In this document: piece after piece, positions 55,845-64,000 of the stretch
How the letters are laid out: each line of letters opens with the position of its first letter
Position numbering within the stretch: position 1 is the first letter of the stretch
NCBI RefSeq assembly: GCF_000150275.1
Contig: NW_002060954.1
Span: 744,001-808,000, forward strand
Length of the DNA stretch: 64,000 bases
From: Trichoplax adhaerens
Taxonomy: Eukaryota; Animalia; Placozoa
Direction: 5' to 3'
The notes under the pieces: generated by a model
The model's input: only the letters and a program-made list of their open reading frames with translations
Databases searched by the model: none
Told to the model about the DNA's origin: nothing
Program-made: the position numbers and the translations under genes

Positions 55845-56578
55845 AATGACAGTATACTGTACAGTACAGTGACAACATAACAGTCTTAATCAATTAAAAT
55901 TACTGTACTGTATGTACCGTACGTTATTGGAGGGAAAGCGGGACTGGAAGTGGCTATTCAGCGTAACAAAGTGACTGTACTGTACAGTACTATACACTGT
56001 ATACAGTACTGTAGGGTTAGGGTTAATTGTATCCAACTTTTGCCAGTACAGTACAGTACTACCTTGTACAATACTATACTGTACTGTAGATGGTAGAAGA
56101 AGATGTGGACTGATCATTCTTGGACAGACAGACGCTTTTGGCCTCATGTCGTCAAAATAGTGTGCCAAACACCTCATTATGATAGTACTGTACACCACAG
56201 TACTTTAGTATGGAGACGATCGATATTCAATTGACTGACTTTTTCGAAATTAAGTAATGTTATGTTGAATCTTATTATCTGTTACAATTTCTGCTTAGAA
56301 ATAGTTCTATAAGATCGTAGATATTATTTAAATTAGTACTAGTGATTTAGAAAACAGACACGGAAGATCCATATACTAACTATAAGTAACCATTTTTCGA
56401 TTTTGACCGCCTCATTTAGTAAGAAAAATCCGCCTGTCTAGTAGTCCATGGTACAGTACAGTACTGTACACAGAGAATCCACAAAGCAAGGTTAACGGTT
56501 ATACAGTACTGTACTGTACTGTACTGTACAGTACTATACATTGTACAACGGTACAGTACTAGCACTGTACACTGTACC
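55845..56578. repeat. GTAC-phased island in the TTC9C/CCSAP bidirectional promoter
   Basis: actgtactgtacagtac, gtacagtacagtact, acagtactgtactgtactgtactgtacagtact, gtacactgtacc. Confidence 0.9.
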
Positions 56579-56644
56579 GAGAATTCACAAGTTAACGGTT
56601 ATGCTGTATTGTAAACTACTATGCTGCTATTTAAAATTTTTGAA
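56491..56644 (+). promoter_or_regulatory. Two GTTAACGGTTAT Myb-type sites 100 bp apart, followed by CHR-like TTTAAA/TTTGAA
   Basis: Repeats at 56491-56502 and 56591-56602; TTTAAA at 56630-56635; TTTGAA at 56639-56644. Confidence 0.4.
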
Positions 56645-56905
56645 AATTAACTTGTCTATGATTCAATCAGTTCAGTGCTTACGAATACACATTCTTTCTT
56701 GTTAGATAGAGTAATCACAAACTATCCCATTTCAAGTAAATACGAAAGCATAGAATTCAGTCAGGACATCAGCATACTGTAGACGAACCTACGGTAGACA
56801 GTATAGTCAATTGGTGACACCGTGTAGACTACAGTACAGTACTTGATAATTCAATCATTAATTGTTGTTAGTAATTAATCTTACCCAATATCATAATTAT
56901 TACCA

Positions 56906-58038
56906 ATGAGAAATTCGGAGTATCGCACTTCATTTAGTAAATTAAATCAAAAAATAGTTCATAATTCTTACTTTGATAATTTAGTATATAGACGTAGTAG
57001 ACGAAATTATGAAAGTAATCATGATCATTTAGTATTTTGTTGGGACGACGAAGATTACTGGAGTGAATGCAAGAGTACCAGTACTGCTAGTTGCGATGGT
57101 AACGACTCGGCGTCCACATCTTCTCGACATCAAGTAGCCGCAGTTAAAGATGAAAATATTATTAAGGATAACAAGGTACAACATAATGAATCTTCAAAAT
57201 CGGTCAAATGTCAAGGGCTAAAAAATGAAAAGAATACCAATAAGACTAATCATGCGCAAGTTAAGAAGAAGAAGAAAGAGAATAATTTCAATCTTAGCCC
57301 CAACAAATCTCAATTGTCGAAAGAGCTTCCTACAAAAAGTGTGGCAACTCAAACTGTCAGTATTAAGGAAAGCATCCAGAAATGCTTACAAAAATCAACT
57401 TTTGCTAAAGAATCAACAAAAAGTTGTGCTAAAAAGGAAAAGAAAAATTCGGCTGGATCCAAGGTAGCTAACATGAAATTCTTACAAAAGAGGCCACTTG
57501 TAGCTTATGGTATCGGCTGGAAAGATGACTTATGTGGCTCTCGTAGGACATTTAATATCCAAGCTGATAATGGGGTAAGTAAAACAAAGTTATCTCGTAG
57601 CCTACGCAATACGCACCTTATAATAAAGAGATTTACCAGTTAAGAGCTGCATTTACACTATATAATAACAATATTACAAGCACACACTAAATAAAGAACA
57701 GCTTTTATATCATTAGTACGATAGATAACGCATTATTCAGAGATAAATATAAAAATTTAATTGCTGCGGTAATAAATAAAATATCATAAAATGTTACAAC
57801 TTTCAATGATAGTATTATCTACTGCAGATTCATTTCTCATTCTGAGAATGTAAAATCTTACAAACTATAGGTATATAAAAGTGCTCGCAATGCATACGAG
57901 CGTCGAAAATATTCAAAACATCAAGCAAACTATCTTAGTGTAAACAAGGAAGAAAGTATTTCCAAGAATGACAAAAATCCTAATCTGTGGGATGCCTCGG
58001 CATGGAAAACTGAGTACCAGCGATGTTTTTCGGCTTAG
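56906..58038 (+). CDS. CCSAP: Centriole, cilia and spindle-associated protein (exons 56906-57574, 57871-58038)
   Basis: N-terminal SEYRTSF..LVYRRSRR..HLVFCWDD; C-terminal PLVAYGIG....GSRRTFNIQA..VYKSARNA..AWKTEYQRCFSA*, matching the CCSAP conserved blocks. Confidence 0.82.
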
Positions 58039-59263
58039 ATCACATAATTAATTATTGTTCATTTTCGAATTATAGTAATTTCAGTGATATCTTATACTGT
58101 TTGTATTATACGAGTATCAATTAACTCGAGGTGTGAGGTATAAGTTTCTATACTTCAATCTTACCAGCAAGATGTTGCTACTGTAAATTATAGTACAATA
58201 TGCACGCACATCGTTATATCACTAAGCTACGGTACCTTTTCGTATACTTTTTCCATATGCAGTATATAATTAAATAATCAAATTCAGTTCCTAGCCACGA
58301 TTTAAAGCTTTCGCGATAACATTACTAAAACGTAATAGTACTTGCTAAATTATATATATTATATATATATATTTATGCATATATACATACGCGACATGCG
58401 TGTATTTATACAACTAATAAAGTAAATCTTCATTTATGAGATCAAATTGACAGGTTTTTGCGATCAACTAGTCAACTTAATTGTACAGGCATTGCCCAAC
58501 TCTTAATGAACTTCTGGTAAAAGATTACTAACTTGTAATAAGTAAAAATAAACATTATTTTTCTCTCTATTCCTGGTATTGATTATAGGTTATTTTCAAA
58601 TTTAAATGGTTCTAAATACATAATTAGCGATTAGCGGATAAATTAATTACCAATCCTAAATGCACCAAACCATCGATTTATAATTTCTGTTAGTGTATGA
58701 TTACGACAGACATGCAATGTATACGCCTCAAGACTATAACCGTTCTACGCAGATATTGCAGCTCTTTCACTAAAAAAGTTCATATACTAGAAGGGAAGAA
58801 GATAATAGCAAATAGATTGTGTTTGAGTATCTTCGTACGTATAGCCCTATCAGTCATATAGTGGATTAAAAAATTTTCATAATAGCAATAAGCGGTTATT
58901 AATAGTTCAGCAAGCTCTCCCTAATTTTATGCGCACACACACAAGAAGAGATAATTACAGTTTATTTTACTGCTGCGATTTATACATAATTACATAAAGC
59001 TTTAAATGTATTAAAGTTCTCAAGTTGTACAATGTTAACTAGAATAAAGCCAGTATATATTGATAATTAAATTTTAGTTTAAGTGTCGTTTTACGGTCAA
59101 TAATTAATCGTAGCTGGTATAGAATGCTGTGATAGTGTTATATACTGTATTAGAGTAGAAATATCTATGTTATGATAATTTTGTTAGCCTATCCTTATTT
59201 TGTTAACTTCTAATTTGGATATACTGTGCTTTAATATAGCAATGGCTTTTTATGACAGTGACA

Positions 59264-59285
59264 TATATATATATATATATATATA
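59264..59285. repeat. (AT)n microsatellite
   Basis: atatatatatatatatatatat run. Confidence 0.8.
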
Positions 59286-62200
59286 CTGAAATTAATAGTT
59301 ATATTAGGGAATGCGAATTATCTACTTACCTTTCGAATCATTGTAATTATAACTTACTTATGGTAGATTGTAAATTATCGTGGAAATGTCTCGTGATAGG
59401 ACATATCGTAATCTGACTATTCTGTATTAGTCATCAGATGTCTATGTTCGTAAATACTGTTGTCTGCATTAGGGAGTAGTAGGTAAAATTAATGTCTTAT
59501 TCAGTGAATGATTCCAAAGTAAATCGTACTAACTATGACTCATGAACTATTGAGGAAGAGCATATAAATGCAGTATATCGTGTAATAAAGTTAATTCTTA
59601 AACTTAATGTTTAGCGTAAAATACGAGGCGTCTAAGTCTTTGTGTAGTCTGCTAGTAGAGCGAACGTGTTCCTGATAGTGCAGATATCGTTCCTTAATAC
59701 GTGGTTCAAGGAATTGACTTATTGATCGTATGTTACGTTATCTCGTTGCAAAACTGTTTTGTGATAAATGCCTATTCTAGTTTTGATTGCCGATATATGA
59801 TAAGGTAGTTCGTAAAATGAGATTAACGTTTTAATTTGGAAAATTAATTGATTAATTTAGTCATATTATTTCGCAAGGTATTAGATTCACGCTGGAAAGA
59901 AATAGTTTTTTACGAAGTCATACGTGCTGATGATATAATTGTAACATACAAATTAATTAAATTGCTTTGCTTTCATGGAAATTAATAATATGAGTTTTCA
60001 ATCTAAGAACGCTTTACTTAACGAACTAACAAGAATAAAACAAAAGGAATTGGTAAAATTTTTATTGCCTATATTCAAGCATCAAATATCGAACCATCAA
60101 TTGTACATACATGAATATTACATATGTATAATTAATTATCCAATGAAGCGAATGCCATATAAGTTGTTAAGATACGTGCACACGGATTAGGTAAACTAAA
60201 CTTAATCATTTTATTTTACGCTAAAAGGAAACGGTTGATTAAGCTCTAAAGCGATTGTTTTTAACTGTACTGCATAATTTACTGATGCTATAAGCATCCT
60301 CTGCTAATAAAGAAGACACAGATTAAATTACATTAACCTCACATACGAATAAATACTAGCATTGCTTCAATTAACTGTTATCCCTTTAATAAAATTAGTC
60401 TGCGTACAATTAAATCTGTAGTTAATCGACATCGCATTTGATACAGTATCAGCATCCTACTGTGTTGTTACATGAACACAATTGGAAAAAAATTACTTAA
60501 ATTTTTACTAAAATGATGCACATCTATTAGACATAAATAAAAGTATAGAAATTTCAACTGAATTTGACTGAGAAAATACAATATCGTTAATGAGAGTAAC
60601 CTACTTTCTTTCAAAATCTTGTTATTACCATTACATTGCTTCCATAAGCAGCGTAATGTGTTTCAAAGATATGCCAATACACTGTAAATACATGAACACC
60701 AATAGTAGTATTAATATTTGAAATAGGTAACAGGTAAAATATTAAATCGTAACATATTCGACATATACTCAGCCGAAATAAGTTAATTATTAGTAAATTT
60801 ATTTATATGCGCAGATAATGAATAAATCGCGAAGGTTATGTGGAAAAGCAGTTAGTTTATGAGCATTCGCAGCAATAGTCAAATTGTCATTTTTCAACAA
60901 AATGCAAATCGTTACAACAGAAAATACGATTTCAGTTATTAATTTAAATTATGCAATTCTATTCTAATACTACACTTGGATCCAATACCTATTATTATAG
61001 ATGATAAAATAGGTCACTAATATTCTACATTTCATTTAGAAAGTACTCTAGCTATGTATTAAATTTCATATTTCTGCATTAGTATATCATCACGTGTATA
61101 AATAAGTTGATTATTCTATCTAATCATGTTTATTTATCATAAAACAAGCTTAGCTGGTTGCTGCATCACTGCATAGTCAACTCTAGTCCTTAGCTTATAC
61201 CCGCAGAGGTAACTCTATCCATGTAATAAGTTATATCCAATTACCGCATCATAACACGATGTTACGTTGCAGAAGTAAAGAATGGTAACAATTAATTACA
61301 GATCATACTTTCTAATTTATGTAATAGCCGCAAATACAAGTAAATCGATTTCAATTACGATATTGTTAGAGACTCATCTGTCTCCATATGCATCCAGCTG
61401 TGATAATTCCGTCGACGCCGTAATCGGACGGTTCTCTGCTAATGTTTTATTTTCTTAATCTAAATATTATATATCGATCCTGGCTGTGATTACAAGTAAG
61501 AATGATACATTTTCTTTCCCATGCTCGAGACAAATAGAACTTGTATATAAACTAACAACTTTAACCTTTAATGCAATAAGTTATAGATCTATTTAACTTA
61601 TTTTACGTCAGAATGATGTCATTTTAGTTCTCTTGTAATAATAATTCTATGATTGTAATTGGTAATATTGACTTCAAATCCTAATTAATGGTATCAATTT
61701 TTGAGTATGTACTTTTGTATTTTTTATTATTTTATTGATCATGATATAGCATATTTACTTGAGATCAATAATAGTCAAAAGACAAGATATCTTGAGTCAT
61801 ACACTATACGTATACGATTTTATAATCATTAGTACTATTTCATAATTAAATTTAGATATACTGTATTTCGAGGTAAAAAATTTGAAGTCATAGAGCTACA
61901 TTTAAAAATAAATGTTTAATGTTTTATTAGTAGAATTAACCAAAAATATCTCCCTAGAAATAAAATTATTTACCAGAAAGACGATAGAATGGTATTTTCG
62001 GAAATAGTCAAGATATTGTCAGATATAATAAGGAAATTCCCATATGCTTTTATCGCGCAGGGGGTCCCTAACTGATCTGATTAGTAAGATCTGAAGTTGT
62101 CTCTAAATTAAACGAAATGCAGATATGAAAGATAGCTATTTCGAGCAATTTTTAACTATAAAAGTTAACCGATTTAAATTTGATTGCTTTAGTAAAGGTA

Positions 62201-62926
62201 AAATGAAATTAAAAGAAGAGATAACTAACCAACATAACAGTTTTAACTCTGCTCATAATTTACATGTACGAAAATAGATGCAAGTATAATTTACAAAAAA
62301 TGTCTGCTTATTTTGTCTGATTCTGTCCTTGTAATTTTTATAATACTACTTCAGCTTTTCACTATTACGGGATATAATTTGTGCGCATATTTTATTGATT
62401 ACCACGCCCGTTCAGCAACTACAACATAAAATCTGTTGTCTGATATTACAATGTAGTTTAGATGATGAGATTAATATTTTAATGTTTTCTTTATGCAAAA
62501 CTAAATATTTTAATAAATTAGATGGTTAAAACTCTGGTCACGAAATTATCAAGAAAGTACTGCAATTTATGTTTTGAGAAATAATCGGTAGTATATAAAA
62601 ATTCAAGTAGCGTTGTTAAATTGATTTAAAATAAATAGACAAGTGAGCAAGGAGGGGGGCGATCATCGTGTCGCGTCGATGTTAATGCGGCTATGTTATT
62701 AATATTGACCGTCTGGAATGTGACCGAAGATAAATATATCAACAAGCGACATTAAAGTAGACTGTCCCTAACGTAACTATTCTGTTTATACTACATTAAT
62801 AGGGTAATAATATTATTAATTAACATTCAGTAAATTAGCCACGAATGGGATTTATCTCATCTCTATACCCGTTATTATTGTTAGGAGATGGCGCTACCTC
62901 CTACGGTATGTTATTAATCACTACAG

Positions 62927-62938
62927 TATAAATCCAAT
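62927..62938 (+). promoter_or_regulatory. Candidate TATA box (TATAAA) with adjacent CCAAT for the CRD gene
   Basis: gtataaatccaatc about 200 bp upstream of the ATG at 63130. Confidence 0.35.
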
Positions 62939-63129
62939 CAGATAAGCTGAAAAGCCTTTTTATGCCAGTACCTATCCAGCCATAACTATCATACGCGTAT
63001 ATCGAAGTATAACTTATAAAAATTACGTGATATTTGGTTCCAACAGTCACTTGATTACTTATTGTAACCAATAAGAAAAGATCATTTAATTAAAATACAC
63101 TCAAGACTACTGAGTTGAAAAGGGAAAAA

Positions 63130-64000
63130 ATGAAGATCATTCGTGTTTCATTATGGCTTCCATTACTGACTGTTCTTGGGCTAAGTGATCATATTAGTGC
63201 TATGTTTCATGGTGGTGACATTATCCATGACGGACAGTCTAATTCGGCTAATACAGACATGGTGCATAGAGTGACACCTGTCAGACAGCCAACAAAGGTT
63301 AGTAAGTTAAAAGGCAATAACTTATCGATATTTACTATTCATCTACGGTATGACTATTAATCATCTAGATTGTATCGTCAAGCTTATTGGGATCTTGATT
63401 CTACCTAAAATATTAGTGTTGAATAAGTTGTTCTCGTTATTTATGAGAAGATTTTACCGATTTCTTAATATCCATTCAATTTTACATGCTAACCACAGAT
63501 GACTCTTGATTGAAATGATATTATTTTAAATCGATATCGATATCATTAAAAAGTATATAATTTATCTTGATGTTTTCATAGGTAGTACACGATGTAAAAA
63601 TTCGATCAGCAGACAAAGTTTACCTCTACAGCAAGATTAATTCTTGTACCAGGCCTAATGCTAGTGTACTGGCTACTTGTGGTATCGACTATCGGGTGCC
63701 AACTACTGTATTATTTCATAATATACTGCAAGTGAAGAATTATTTAGCCCAGATGGCCCGCCGGAATATGATTGTCTACAATAGCAAGTGCGCTTCTATT
63801 GTTACGAAAATCAAATGCAAAACATTGCTACCAAGATGTTCCGAGGATTATACGACAGTTTATTTAAACGACATACAGGAAGAATGTAATCAAGCCGCGA
63901 TATGGTGTCAAAATGCCACTAATTTCCCCCACGTTAATATTTGCAAACAGAATCGTAGTGTTTATAGCTTTAATCAATGTATTAAACCGCCATTATCTTT
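63130..64000 (+). CDS. Secreted or cell-surface protein with a divergent frizzled-type cysteine-rich domain; runs off the window end (exons 63130-63297, 63582->64000)
   Basis: Signal peptide MKIIRVSLWLPLLTVLGLS. Exon 2 is open to the window end with C-x9-CGIDY...C-x7-CKTLLPRC...C-x6-C...C spacing typical of FZ-like CRDs. Confidence 0.65.

Overview
AT-rich, intron-dense animal genomic DNA. Short GT-AG introns, compact spacing and divergent early-branching metazoan protein sequences are most consistent with a placozoan (Trichoplax-like) genome; the taxon is an inference. I reconstruct 14 protein-coding genes, 13 of them spliced, several missed or fragmented by the ORF track: MRPS5(-), COX16(+), a single-exon Delilah/atonal-superfamily bHLH(-), ACTR10(-), CEBPZ(+), a C16orf89/UPF0764-like type I membrane protein(-), a ~120-aa orphan(+), TMED10(-), MRPL33(+), RBKS(-), atlastin(+), TTC9C-like(-), CCSAP(+), and the start of a secreted frizzled-type CRD protein(+). 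The main unexplained structure is regulatory. Twelve genes form six head-to-head pairs, and each shared promoter contains an island of GTAC tetramers phased at 5 bp, (GTACN)n, which reads as TACAG/CTGTA repeats that flip orientation. Five islands are dense and the ACTR10/CEBPZ one is weak. The two developmental-type genes (bHLH, CRD protein) have no island and instead have TATA-like boxes and long non-coding upstream regions. No tRNA, rRNA, CRISPR array or intact transposon was recognised. All gene identities come from motif recognition by eye, not from database searches.
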